Assembly (NCBI GenBank): GCA_041659905.1
Contig: JBAZXK010000002.1
Location: 30,723-94,722, forward strand
Reading direction: 5' to 3'
DNA: 64,000 nucleotides
DNA from: Patescibacteria group bacterium
GTDB lineage: Bacteria > Patescibacteriota > Kazan-3B-28 > UBA10110
Shown piece after piece: positions 1 to 9,018 of the stretch. Numbering within the stretch: the first letter of the stretch is position 1; each line of letters begins with the position of its first letter. Both the position numbers and the translations under genes were made by a program. The notes under the pieces were generated by a model. That model did no database searches. It saw only the letters and a program-made list of their open reading frames with translations, and was not told the DNA's origin.

Positions 1-1
1 A

Positions 2-481
2 GAAGAAAAGTATCAATCTAAAAACTTTATTGAAGAATTAAAACAGAGAGCAGACGGAGTTGTTTTCCTATATTCATTTCCAAAAGAACCTATTATTGCT
101 ACCGGTAAAGTTTTTACAGAATTTATGAAAGATATGCAAAAAGAAATCGTAGAACAAGTACAAGAAATTTATGGAATGACTGCTTCCAGCGGATACGCTG
201 TAGGTAAAGTAATCGTATGTACGGATATTGATTCTATACATAAAGTTCAGGAGGGCGACATTCTGGTTGCAAGCATGACCAGGCCTGAATATTTGCCTGC
301 CATGAAAAAAGCCTCTGCCATAATCACCGACGAGGGAGGTATAACGTGCCATGCCGCAATAATTTCTCGGGAGTTAGGCATCCCCTGTATAATTGGTACT
401 AAAATTGCGACTCAAGTCTTGAAAGATGGCATGACCGTGGAGGTAAAAGCAAACCATGGAGTAGTAAAAATAATTCAATAA
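2..481 (+). CDS. PEP-utilising enzyme mobile (phosphohistidine swivel) domain protein, 5' partial (runs off window start)
   Basis: Frame is open from nt 2 with no upstream stop. The C-terminal motif GGITCHAAIISRELGIPCIIG matches the PEP-utilising-enzyme phosphohistidine signature of PEP synthase, PPDK and rifampin phosphotransferase. Confidence 0.75.
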   Translation, partial: EEKYQSKNFIEELKQRADGVVFLYSFPKEPIIATGKVFTEFMKDMQKEIVEQVQEIYGMTASSGYAVGKVIVCTDIDSIHKVQEGDILVASMTRPEYLPAMKKASAIITDEGGITCHAAIISRELGIPCIIGTKIATQVLKDGMTVEVKANHGVVKIIQ

Positions 482-517
482 TAAAATATCAAGAAAATAG
501 TAATTTAAGGATATAGT

Positions 518-1354
518 ATGGAAAATGAACGATTTGTTCCTGAGACTGATTTTGTTATGGCAAGGCATAGCAAAAAAGGAAAGGATTCGACAGAGTATGA
601 AGGATTGTCAAACGAAGGAGTGGAATTGGCAAAACAGGAAGCCAGCAAGTGGCTTGGCCTACTTGATAACGCTGAGGAAGGCACTGTCATGTGGCTAGGC
701 GGGGCATCAGAACAAATAAGAACTAAATCTACCATTAGAGCCTTGACTGAAGAAATTAATAATATTTTATCCCAAAGAGAGAATAACAACATTGAATTGA
801 TTGCCAATGATAGTATTGACTTTGAAAAAGGTTTTAATAAAGCGATCGAAGAATTGTCAGAAAAAATTAACTCGAGCCCGGATAAAAAATTTATAATTTC
901 CGCCCCATTATTTATTAAAGAATTTAGCGGAGAAAAGAATAGATGGATTGGCAAGGATAACGAACCAATCGCATATTATAATGAACTGAGCAAAAAATGC
1001 GATGGCAACGAAAAAGAAATGTTAAAGGAATGGCTGAATAATCAGGGCCATTTAGACGGTCTCGAAGGCCCTAGCCCAGCCCAGGTTGCAGAAGAGCATT
1101 TGTATGGAATTAAAAGATTGTCAGATCTCGCAAAAGAATATATTCCCAACAATCCATTAATTATCGGCGGCGTAGGACAAAGCGTGGGTCTTGATGCGTT
1201 GGCCATCTATCTTGCAAATGACGGTAAAGTAAATTTGGAGGGATACGAAAAAGTTAATGCAACAGGCATTCAAGAGTTAGAACCAATAAAAATAATTGAT
1301 GGTAAATTTTCGTATGGTGATCGCTTGGAGATTGATTTAAACGAGCATGAATAA
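518..1354 (+). CDS. hypothetical protein (weak RHS..G histidine-phosphatase-like N-terminal motif)
   Basis: 278-aa ORF with an AAGGA ribosome-binding site 8 nt upstream. It lies between two PEP-synthase-like domain genes. I recognise no confident domain. Confidence 0.5.
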   Translation: MENERFVPETDFVMARHSKKGKDSTEYEGLSNEGVELAKQEASKWLGLLDNAEEGTVMWLGGASEQIRTKSTIRALTEEINNILSQRENNNIELIANDSIDFEKGFNKAIEELSEKINSSPDKKFIISAPLFIKEFSGEKNRWIGKDNEPIAYYNELSKKCDGNEKEMLKEWLNNQGHLDGLEGPSPAQVAEEHLYGIKRLSDLAKEYIPNNPLIIGGVGQSVGLDALAIYLANDGKVNLEGYEKVNATGIQELEPIKIIDGKFSYGDRLEIDLNEHE

Positions 1355-1428
1355 AATCAACTTCGAAAAGATGGAGATGCAGCAGGAGTTGATGTTGATA
1401 AAGGTATGATAAAAAATAATAAATAAAA

Positions 1429-2370
1429 ATGAAATATTCCAGATTATTTCACGAACTTACTAAGAAAGATACGGATATCGCTGGCGGAAAAGGCGCCTCG
1501 CTTGGTGAAATGGTACAGATTAATATCCCAATACCTCCGGGATTTGTGGTGTTAGCAGGTTCGTTTGACCATTTTTTGGAAAAAAACGAGATTAAAGCCG
1601 ATATTGAAGCGATTTTAGAAAAGGTTAATCATCAAGACATTAATTCGGTTGATGGCGCGTCTGCTGAAATTCAAAGCATTATTCACCATATGCCGTTTCC
1701 TGAAGACATTGCCCAAGAAGCTTTAAAGCAATTTTCAGAACTAAATACTATCTATGTCGCCGTAAGATCTTCCGCAACAGCCGAAGATTCATCAGCAGCA
1801 TCATGGGCCGGTGAACTAGAAAGCTATTTAAATGTCACCGAAGATGCATTGTTGGATTGTATCAGGAAATGCTGGGCATCACTCTTTACACCCAGGGCAA
1901 TATTCTACAGATTTGAGAACAAGATGAATCTAGAAAAAGTTTCCGTTGCAGTTGTAGTGCAAAAGATGGTTCAATCCGATGTTTCAGGCATAGTCTTTAC
2001 GGTTCACCCGGTAACAAAGGATGAAAATCAAATGATTATTGAGGCTGGTTATGGTTTAGGGGAAGCTATCGTCGGCGGGAAAATCACGCCAGATAATTAT
2101 ATAATCAATAAATCTACTTTGGATATTACCAATAAATACATTTCTGAACAATCAATGATGATTATTAAAGCCAAAGATGCTCCAACGAAAGAAGAAGAGA
2201 TACCACAAGCAGATAGAGGAAAACAGAAATTAGCTGATGACAAGATAATTGATTTAGCTAAAATTTGTTTAAACATTGAGAAACATTACGGCTTTCCCTG
2301 CGATATCGAATGGGCTATGGAAAAGAATAGATTATATATAGTGCAGTCTAGGCCTATAACTACTTTATAA
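1429..2370 (+). CDS. PEP synthase / pyruvate phosphate dikinase N-terminal nucleotide-binding (PPDK_N, ATP-grasp) domain protein
   Basis: N-terminal GGKGASLGEM motif is typical of PEP synthase N-termini. 313 aa, ATP-grasp only. Confidence 0.75.
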   Translation: MKYSRLFHELTKKDTDIAGGKGASLGEMVQINIPIPPGFVVLAGSFDHFLEKNEIKADIEAILEKVNHQDINSVDGASAEIQSIIHHMPFPEDIAQEALKQFSELNTIYVAVRSSATAEDSSAASWAGELESYLNVTEDALLDCIRKCWASLFTPRAIFYRFENKMNLEKVSVAVVVQKMVQSDVSGIVFTVHPVTKDENQMIIEAGYGLGEAIVGGKITPDNYIINKSTLDITNKYISEQSMMIIKAKDAPTKEEEIPQADRGKQKLADDKIIDLAKICLNIEKHYGFPCDIEWAMEKNRLYIVQSRPITTL

Positions 2371-2422
2371 ACGAGAATTAAATATCTTACTCTGCTTTCC
2401 TGAATTTGAATCACAGCATACA

Positions 2423-2456
2423 AAAAACTGCCATTCAGAAAGAATGTCAGTTTTTT
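2423..2456 (+). terminator. bidirectional Rho-independent terminator
   Basis: A-run, then stem CTGCCATTC / GAATGTCAG (8 of 9 bp) with loop AGAAA, then TTTTTT. It lies downstream of the 1429..2370 gene and abuts the 3' end of the minus-strand tRNA. Confidence 0.65.
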
Positions 2457-2532
2457 GGTAGCGGGGGTTGGATTCGAACCAACGGCCTCAAGGTTATGAG
2501 CCTTGCGAGCTACCAGACTGCTCTACCCCGCG
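2456..2532 (-). tRNA. tRNA-fMet (initiator, anticodon CAU)
   Basis: Reverse complement folds as a cloverleaf with anticodon loop CUCAUAA. C1 is unpaired with position 72, and there is an A11:U24 pair. It closely resembles E. coli initiator tRNA. CCA is encoded. Confidence 0.8.
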
Positions 2533-2572
2533 GCGACGCCTGTAATGTTAGCAGAGAAACTGATGGTTGTCT

Positions 2573-2607
2573 ACAACAAAACGGCTATGAATAGCCGTTT
2601 TGTTTGA
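2573..2607 (-). terminator. Rho-independent terminator downstream of the RRM gene
   Basis: Hairpin AAACGGCTAT-GA-ATAGCCGTTT followed on the minus strand by UUUUGUUGU. Confidence 0.5.
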
Positions 2608-2617
2608 TAAAGCAAAT

Positions 2618-2896
2618 TTAGAACCGTTGGCCGCCAGCCGGACGATCAGTCATCGGCCGAGCTTCGCTAACGGTAATATTGCGGCCTTCTACTTCTGTGC
2701 CATGCACAGTAGAGATGGCTGCTTGAGCTTCTTCTTCGGTAGACATCTCTACAAAACCAAAACCTTTGGATTTGCCAGACATCTTGTCCTTGATGATAGT
2801 AGCGGATTCCACTGTACCAACACCGGCGAACAACTTACCTAAATCTTCGTCGGTCATAGCCCAAGGAAGTCCACCTACAAACAATTTCTTGCCCAT
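2618..2896 (-). CDS. RNA-binding protein with RRM domain
   Basis: RNP-2-like LFVGGL and RNP-1 KGFGFVEM motifs. 92 aa. Confidence 0.85.
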   Translation of the reverse strand: MGKKLFVGGLPWAMTDEDLGKLFAGVGTVESATIIKDKMSGKSKGFGFVEMSTEEEAQAAISTVHGTEVEGRNITVSEARPMTDRPAGGQRF

Positions 2897-3102
2897 AGTT
2901 ACCTCACATAATACTTAATATACCCGCGGTCGATCTACTTTCCTGGCTAGATCCTCGGGTATAGGCAAACTGCTTTTGACCAGAGGGAACTTTACACAAG
3001 AAACCCGCAACTGGCTTATCTTATCCTATCCCCGCCAAAAGTCAATGGAACACATTAAAAAACCCCTGCAAGGGCTTAGCCGGCTGATAAATTGGTTTTT
3101 AA

Positions 3103-3609
3103 CTAACTTTTCTTGGGTTTCTTGACAGCGGCTTTCTTAACTGCCACTTTTTTAGTAACTGGCACTGATTCTTTCTCTGTTTTACTATCAGTTTTGTTTT
3201 CTGCCATGATATCTACCAACCGATTGATAGACACTGTAAGTTTATCTAATTTAGCGTTAATGGCTTCGAACTCACGTTTATTGTCTCCGCCGCCAGTGTT
3301 CCTATAATCTGGGCTTTTGACAAAGCTGGGACGGCCAAAGTCCTTTCTGGGAGCCCTATCGCCACCGTCTTGGGTGTTTCTAAAGCAAGCACTGCAATAT
3401 ACCGGTTTGTCGCCAGAAGGGCGAAAAGGTACCTCACAGGCCTCTCCGCAGCTGGCACAAGTGGCTTTGTGCATAGTTACCGGCCCCCGGTCGCGGTCGC
3501 CAAAACTCGGACGGCCAAAACCCCTGTTGCCGCCTGATTTGAACCCCCCTCGACTGCCTCCCCGCTGGTTAAAATCTCTCATAGCTCTGGTACTATACGC
3601 CAGTATCAC
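3103..3609 (-). CDS. RG/RGG-rich zinc-ribbon protein with lysine-rich tail
   Basis: CASCGEAC...CSAC (CxxC-x17-CxxC) ribbon flanked by duplicated (K/G)DFGRPSF motifs and RGG boxes. C-terminus is K-rich. The true start may be the internal Met at MRDFNQRGG. Confidence 0.6.
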   Translation of the reverse strand: MILAYSTRAMRDFNQRGGSRGGFKSGGNRGFGRPSFGDRDRGPVTMHKATCASCGEACEVPFRPSGDKPVYCSACFRNTQDGGDRAPRKDFGRPSFVKSPDYRNTGGGDNKREFEAINAKLDKLTVSINRLVDIMAENKTDSKTEKESVPVTKKVAVKKAAVKKPKKS

Positions 3610-3632
3610 CTAAGAAGCAAGTAGAAACTTTG

Positions 3633-3666
3633 ATTTCAACGGCTCAACTGGTTGAGCCGTTGAAAT
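3633..3666. repeat. palindromic element TTTCAACGGCTCAAC-TG-GTTGAGCCGTTGAAA
   Basis: Perfect 15-bp arms between two minus-strand genes. The same core recurs at 18524..18552, and a partial copy is at 45143..45165. Confidence 0.5.
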
Positions 3667-3686
3667 TCTAGATAAAACAAGGATTT

Positions 3687-5321
3687 CTATTGGACAACTA
3701 TCTTCCCTTTCATAAAGGGATGGAGGGTGCAAATATAACTGAATGTCCCCTTGGTATTAAATGTAAAAGAAAATTCTTTTCCTTGAGTTAAATTGCCCGA
3801 ATCAAAGTTGCCTTGGCTAGTCACAGTATGGAGCATCGCATCCTCATTTTTCCAGGTCACTTTCGTCCCGACCGGGATAGTGAGAGTGGCCGGACTAAAA
3901 GCAAAATTTTTGATACTGACTCTTTCTTCTTTGTTGTTCATTCCACTAGTTGAATTATTGATTGAATTATTCGGTACATTGCTTTCAGCCGGAATTAACT
4001 TGAATATTTTACCGCTAGTCCCGCTGGGGCCGAGCGCTTCGGTGGTTAATAAATATAATTCGCCCATATCGTCCTGCCCTACTCCTTTGACAAACAAACC
4101 TAAGCGTCCATTACTATTGCCGGAAATTTTTAACTCCCGCCATAACCAACTTCCTTTATTGTTTAGAGCAGCGAACACGCCGCCATCGCCCGCAGTAAAA
4201 CTTTTGCTCCAATCGGCAAACACATAGTTGCCTGTTAAGCCGGCGAGGGCTGCCCCTCGATAGACATATCCTCCGACATTGGCTATCCCCACGCCCCCAT
4301 TACCCGGATGACCATATTCGAATACAGGATCCACCAGCGGTTCACCTTTAGCTCCGGTAGTGGGACACTCTGCTGGTGATTGATCGGGAGTTTGCGCACT
4401 AAAGCAATGCTTCCCCTCTCTGATATTCCAACCGTAATTATTCCCTTTTTTAACTATATCTACTTCTTCCCATAAATTTTGGCCGACATCGGCGACGAAT
4501 AATTCGTGGTTTCCTCCCGCATCAAAAGAAATATGATAAGGATTACGGAAGCCATAAGCGAATATTTCATCTTTACCGTCTTTGCCGATAAAAGGATTAT
4601 CTTGAGGGGCAGCATAGGGATCGCCTTTATCAATATCGATCCGCAGAACTTTCCCTAACAAAGTAGTAAGATCTTGGCCGTTACCACTGGCAGAATGCCC
4701 CAGACCGACATCATTGCCTTGACCACCGTCGCCGGTAGGAATATAGAGGTACCCATCCGGCCCAAATGCAATATGCCCTCCGTTATGATTGAACTGCGGC
4801 TTATCAATTTGTAAAATTATTTTTTCGGAACTCAAGTCAGCTATATTCGGATTACTGGCACTGACTTTAAATTCGGAGACACGGTTAGTACAATTCCATC
4901 CTGCTGGTGCGGTCTTGTTTAATGGCGCGCTGTAATAGACAAAAAAGCGGCCATTGGTTTTGAAATCGGGATGGAAGGCTAACCCCAGCAAACCTCTCTC
5001 GTCATAGTTCGTGGTTAATTTTACCAATTTACTATGCAGATCCAAGAAATTGTCTTTTAACACTTCTCCTGTAGAAGTGACTACCTTTATAACTCCGACT
5101 TGATCTACCAAGAACATTCTGCCCGTACCATCATTGGACGAAACAAAAGCGACAGGAGAAGTAAACCCCTGTGCTATTAACTTAATAGCAACTTCTTGAG
5201 TTGGTTGGTTGTTTATTGTATTTTGACTGGCTGGCAACTTGTACCCTTTGATAAGAAAATATACAACAGCGATAACTAATATACCCCCCAATACTACCCC
5301 TATTTTTTCTGTCGTATTCAT
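3687..5321 (-). CDS. membrane-anchored PQQ-dependent (soluble glucose/sorbosone dehydrogenase family) beta-propeller fused to a C-terminal cupredoxin (type-1 copper) domain
   Basis: N-terminal TM helix. GSDH-like motifs HNGG.IAFGPDGYLY and GDGG. C-terminal cupredoxin with His...Cys-x2-His-x2-Met copper ligands (MLHTV ... YICTLHPFM). Confidence 0.7.
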   Translation of the reverse strand: MNTTEKIGVVLGGILVIAVVYFLIKGYKLPASQNTINNQPTQEVAIKLIAQGFTSPVAFVSSNDGTGRMFLVDQVGVIKVVTSTGEVLKDNFLDLHSKLVKLTTNYDERGLLGLAFHPDFKTNGRFFVYYSAPLNKTAPAGWNCTNRVSEFKVSASNPNIADLSSEKIILQIDKPQFNHNGGHIAFGPDGYLYIPTGDGGQGNDVGLGHSASGNGQDLTTLLGKVLRIDIDKGDPYAAPQDNPFIGKDGKDEIFAYGFRNPYHISFDAGGNHELFVADVGQNLWEEVDIVKKGNNYGWNIREGKHCFSAQTPDQSPAECPTTGAKGEPLVDPVFEYGHPGNGGVGIANVGGYVYRGAALAGLTGNYVFADWSKSFTAGDGGVFAALNNKGSWLWRELKISGNSNGRLGLFVKGVGQDDMGELYLLTTEALGPSGTSGKIFKLIPAESNVPNNSINNSTSGMNNKEERVSIKNFAFSPATLTIPVGTKVTWKNEDAMLHTVTSQGNFDSGNLTQGKEFSFTFNTKGTFSYICTLHPFMKGKIVVQ

Positions 5322-5429
5322 ATAAATAGATGGTTAATAATGACGACTTCATTTTACCAATTCTACCTCTTATATAGATATACCAAAATTCTCCGCCTCC
5401 ATAGCAGATAATATTTTGGCCTACCTGCT

Positions 5430-5472
5430 GATATAGAAAACCCCCTTGAATTGAATCATTCAGGGGGTTAAT
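5430..5472 (-). terminator. putative Rho-independent terminator downstream of 5480..5815
   Basis: GC-rich hairpin ACCCCCTTGAA / TTCAGGGGGTT with one bulge, followed on the minus strand by UUUUCUAU. Confidence 0.4.
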
Positions 5473-5479
5473 ATTCATG

Positions 5480-5815
5480 CTATTTTATTGCATCGATTTC
5501 ACGCAACATCGCAGTTACTTTCGTAACAGCTTTGCGAAACCAGGGCTGAGAGAACCGACCGCACGAAATAGACCTTATACTTTTGGGTAAGTAGATCAGA
5601 TGGCCAACCGTCGGGTCAATCATAATTGGACCGCCCACTATCCCAACCGGATAAACATCGATAACGTTCCCTGTCGGAGTAAGCAGCCAACTATGTTCGA
5701 ATCCAATAGCAGGGAAAAAACCATCCTGATATTTCAGGTTGTACACTTTAGCGGCCGCACGCACCAGGATATGACAGGACAAAACCACTGTTTGTTTACC
5801 TGCTAAGTCCAGCAT
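5480..5815 (-). CDS. hypothetical protein
   Basis: 111-aa ORF. An in-frame stop lies 36 codons upstream of the annotated Met. No recognisable domain. Confidence 0.45.
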   Translation of the reverse strand: MLDLAGKQTVVLSCHILVRAAAKVYNLKYQDGFFPAIGFEHSWLLTPTGNVIDVYPVGIVGGPIMIDPTVGHLIYLPKSIRSISCGRFSQPWFRKAVTKVTAMLREIDAIK

Positions 5816-5956
5816 ACCGTCATCGATATCATCTGGCAGTCTGTTTACTGCCTTAGATATGCGATAGAAAAGTTCTACTTCGTCTGGTGGTAGATTGCAT
5901 TCTGTATAAGTTTTGATAGTCCATCACCTCTTGCGGGGATTAATAATCCGTACAAA

Positions 5957-6532
5957 TTAATTATCTGATTGGTTCTGTTGGTTAGCAGATAGATCTTCTG
6001 GTTTTATACCCTTTTTCTGATAATAAACCAGTGCTGCCCGCGAGTGTTTAAATACGGCTTCATCTAGACCCGCTTTCAATCCATCTGTTGTGTCGTACTG
6101 CACACAAGCAATGATAGCTGCTAGATAAATGAACAACCAAACAATATACGATATCGGTGGGGTTACATATATAATTGCAACAATCAAAGCAGTGAACGAC
6201 ACAGTGAATGCAGAAAACATCCAGAATGTAATAATCATCGCCACTTGTATCAGCTTCGCCGGTATGCCACCAAACGAAACTGTAAACCAAGCTGTTCCCA
6301 TAACAGCCACTGGCGCTAAGAGAGCGAATATTACCGTAGCAATATCATTTTCTGGAGTTTTTCCGAGAGCAAAATAAACAACTATGGCGGCTATTACATT
6401 TAACCATAGTACTTTTCGATGCTTACTGAGATTGTCGAGCAAGAATCTATGCTCTTCTTTTGTGAGATCAGCATGGAAAAATCCATTCAGAACAAACCTT
6501 TTTAGTAACCAGTAAATTGGATCTAAATTCAT
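5957..6532 (-). CDS. hypothetical integral membrane protein
   Basis: 191 aa with 4-5 predicted hydrophobic helices. Confidence 0.55.
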   Translation of the reverse strand: MNLDPIYWLLKRFVLNGFFHADLTKEEHRFLLDNLSKHRKVLWLNVIAAIVVYFALGKTPENDIATVIFALLAPVAVMGTAWFTVSFGGIPAKLIQVAMIITFWMFSAFTVSFTALIVAIIYVTPPISYIVWLFIYLAAIIACVQYDTTDGLKAGLDEAVFKHSRAALVYYQKKGIKPEDLSANQQNQSDN

Positions 6533-6700
6533 TTCGATTTCATCTCCTTGTTTTCAAGTTCCCTCTTTAGGTGACATTAAAACATACCAAGAAAACTAGC
6601 TCCTGGTCAAGTTATTCCCCTATGTATTCTCCGGGGCGGAGCTGCCCGCCTTGATTCGCCAACCTCGACTGATAAACAGACACCAAGCCGGCAGATTAGA

Positions 6701-7201
6701 TTAGTTTATCTGCGCGAAAAGCACCACATAATTCTTGCCGTAGGCCTTGGCGCATTTTGGACAGGTGGTGTAGGAAAAATAAAGCTTTTTTAGTTCCTTG
6801 TCCTGACTTTTGACGTATGCTTTCATCTCGGCTGCCCATTTACCCACATTTTGGTAAGGGCCTTCAAATATTTTAGTTAAAAATGTGCCGGAAAGTTTTG
6901 CCATTTGCGCGCCCGGAACATCTTTCGCCACATCAATGTAAATATCAGAACCCCACAGTGATTTTTCATTAGTCAACATTAATTGGTAGGGAGATTTAGC
7001 ATTAGCTTTTTCAATCAAGCCCATATTCTTGACTATCTTCTTCCCCATATCAAGCGGTATGTGCAAGAAATTACAGATATGATCTTTGACAAATAGTTTG
7101 TCATTCCAAACTACCTCTTTATCCTGCCACGGTTCCGGATTAAAAGGTTCGCAGCAACCAGTTGATTTTATTGTTTGCATAACCATATATTTATTATTCA
7201 T
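6701..7201 (-). CDS. hypothetical protein (C-terminal CxxC)
   Basis: 166-aa ORF. Its start overlaps the pepE-like stop by 1 nt, consistent with an operon. Confidence 0.5.
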   Translation of the reverse strand: MNNKYMVMQTIKSTGCCEPFNPEPWQDKEVVWNDKLFVKDHICNFLHIPLDMGKKIVKNMGLIEKANAKSPYQLMLTNEKSLWGSDIYIDVAKDVPGAQMAKLSGTFLTKIFEGPYQNVGKWAAEMKAYVKSQDKELKKLYFSYTTCPKCAKAYGKNYVVLFAQIN

Positions 7202-7842
7202 TATGATTTAAAAATATTTTTCTCACCTTCGCCAATAATCTTTGTCTTTTTGCCTTTAACTAAGACGGCTTGCTTGTCAGTTAAGGCAATAACTGGATAT
7301 TTAGCTTTATTGGCAGCTTTGGTTATCACTTCTCTTAAACCCTCTTCAAAATGAGCTGTAATTAGAAAGGGAACCAAGTTTAATCCTCTTAAATCAGTCA
7401 GTTTCATATAGTTTCTATCGGCGTGCTTCCAAGAAGCTGCTTCGATAGTTGGACAAGCCACATAACTACCTGCACTAACCCCTACATATACCCCATCTTT
7501 TTTAACAAACGCCTTAATAACTTTATCTAAGCCAGTTTTTCTGAGACCGGCAAGATATTCAAAGGTATTGCCGCCAAAAACAAAGATAACATTTATTCCC
7601 TTTATATCTTCCGGTTTAATTTTTCTTTCAAACTGGAAAAAAGTTATATTCGACTTTGGTATATTAACTCCCTTAAGCTGTCTAAATAGCCGACGAATAT
7701 ATTTATCGCGGTCAGCGTATTTAGTTGGGGTGATTACGAATAATATTCTGATGTTAGTTGGTTTTTTGCCAACCAGTTTAATAAACTCATCACCAATAGA
7801 CGGACATTTCCACCAACCTGACGATGTAAGAAGCAATTTCAT
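7201..7842 (-). CDS. peptidase S51 family (dipeptidase E / cyanophycinase-like)
   Basis: LLTSSG, FGGNTFEYL and GVSAGS motifs of the S51 Ser-His-Glu peptidases. Confidence 0.7.
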   Translation of the reverse strand: MKLLLTSSGWWKCPSIGDEFIKLVGKKPTNIRILFVITPTKYADRDKYIRRLFRQLKGVNIPKSNITFFQFERKIKPEDIKGINVIFVFGGNTFEYLAGLRKTGLDKVIKAFVKKDGVYVGVSAGSYVACPTIEAASWKHADRNYMKLTDLRGLNLVPFLITAHFEEGLREVITKAANKAKYPVIALTDKQAVLVKGKKTKIIGEGEKNIFKS

Positions 7843-8231
7843 AATCCTATTTCATCTAATAAAGGGATTCCGTTTGGCCAAATTAACTCTCTGGCTTTAG
7901 TAGCATCCACCCATTCAACATTCCCTTCCCCTTCATCAATTTTTTCTATAGGTTTAGCCCAAAACATAGCTACTCTAATAGGTTCACCAGTTTCTCCATG
8001 GTGGTAAACCACATCTTGTAAACGCTTGATTATTTCTACCTTATAGCCAGTTTCTTCCAGCGTTTCTCTTAAAGCAACTTGCTCAATATCTTCACCTGTT
8101 TCGGCATGTCCTTTTGGAAAAGCCCAGGCACTTCTGTCTTCAGTGGTGACAAGAAGAACATTAGAGCCATCAACCACTACACAACCAGCCTTTAATATCT
8201 CTCCTGCATCATTCTTTATTTCCATATTCAT
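7839..8231 (-). CDS. NUDIX hydrolase
   Basis: Canonical Nudix box GHAETGEDIEQVALRETLEETGY. Confidence 0.85.
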   Translation of the reverse strand: MNMEIKNDAGEILKAGCVVVDGSNVLLVTTEDRSAWAFPKGHAETGEDIEQVALRETLEETGYKVEIIKRLQDVVYHHGETGEPIRVAMFWAKPIEKIDEGEGNVEWVDATKARELIWPNGIPLLDEIGL

Positions 8232-8273
8232 ATCTTACCAATTCTAACTCAGCAGTAGGCATACAAACTTTTA

Positions 8274-8810
8274 CTAAAGAAGATTTACTATCTCTTGAGC
8301 AACCTCTTCTGGTGTTTTGTTTTCCGTATCAATAATGGGCGCGCCTTCTTTCTTGAATATGTCGTATAACCAAGGTGCAGCTGATAAGATATCCTCAATA
8401 AATTTATCTAAGGGAACACCTGCCGCCCTGCTGATTTCTGCTATACTCTCTGGGGTTTGGTATCTGCTTAGCAACCGTTTTTTGATAGTGTCATTTGAAG
8501 CATGCAGCAAAACCAGCTGAGCCGGAGGGTGGTTTTCTTTACTGTATACTTTCCAAAAACGTTCCGGTTCTACAAAACCGCAAACAATAGTAGACTTCCC
8601 GAGCTCTGCATTTTCGGCAGCAGTTTCTAACCAATAGAGAGTCTCGGCATTGTGCCACTCGTGACCACCACCAGCTGGGACACCTCGTTCATCAAAATCT
8701 CGGATATCATATTCATCTGCTGAGAGCAGGCTTTTCAGATACTTAATAACTGAGGACTTACCGACTCCGCTAACACCGGAAATAAAATATACTATCGGAC
8801 TATTTTCCAT
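8274..8810 (-). CDS. P-loop NTPase, predicted nucleotide/nucleoside kinase-like
   Basis: Walker A GVSGVGKSS at the N-terminus. 178 aa. Confidence 0.55.
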   Translation of the reverse strand: MENSPIVYFISGVSGVGKSSVIKYLKSLLSADEYDIRDFDERGVPAGGGHEWHNAETLYWLETAAENAELGKSTIVCGFVEPERFWKVYSKENHPPAQLVLLHASNDTIKKRLLSRYQTPESIAEISRAAGVPLDKFIEDILSAAPWLYDIFKKEGAPIIDTENKTPEEVAQEIVNLL

Positions 8811-9018
8811 ATTGATATTGTATCCCCTTAGAAGCGGCTGAGTAAAACTCGAGGAAGCGCTATTCTTGCCCTAGGATCGGGATTAATTGCTCCACAGGTA
8901 AATGACATTGTAAATTGTCAGTACTCACTGTCGATATACTAGACGGTAATTATCTGAGATTCAAAAGATCGCCCCAACATTGGAGCGATCATGTATTCTT
9001 TGGCTTAACGACCAAGGA

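Noticed and set aside
2406-2594. 62-aa plus-strand ORF
   Set aside because: It overlaps the initiator tRNA (2456..2532) and two terminator hairpins. It is spurious.
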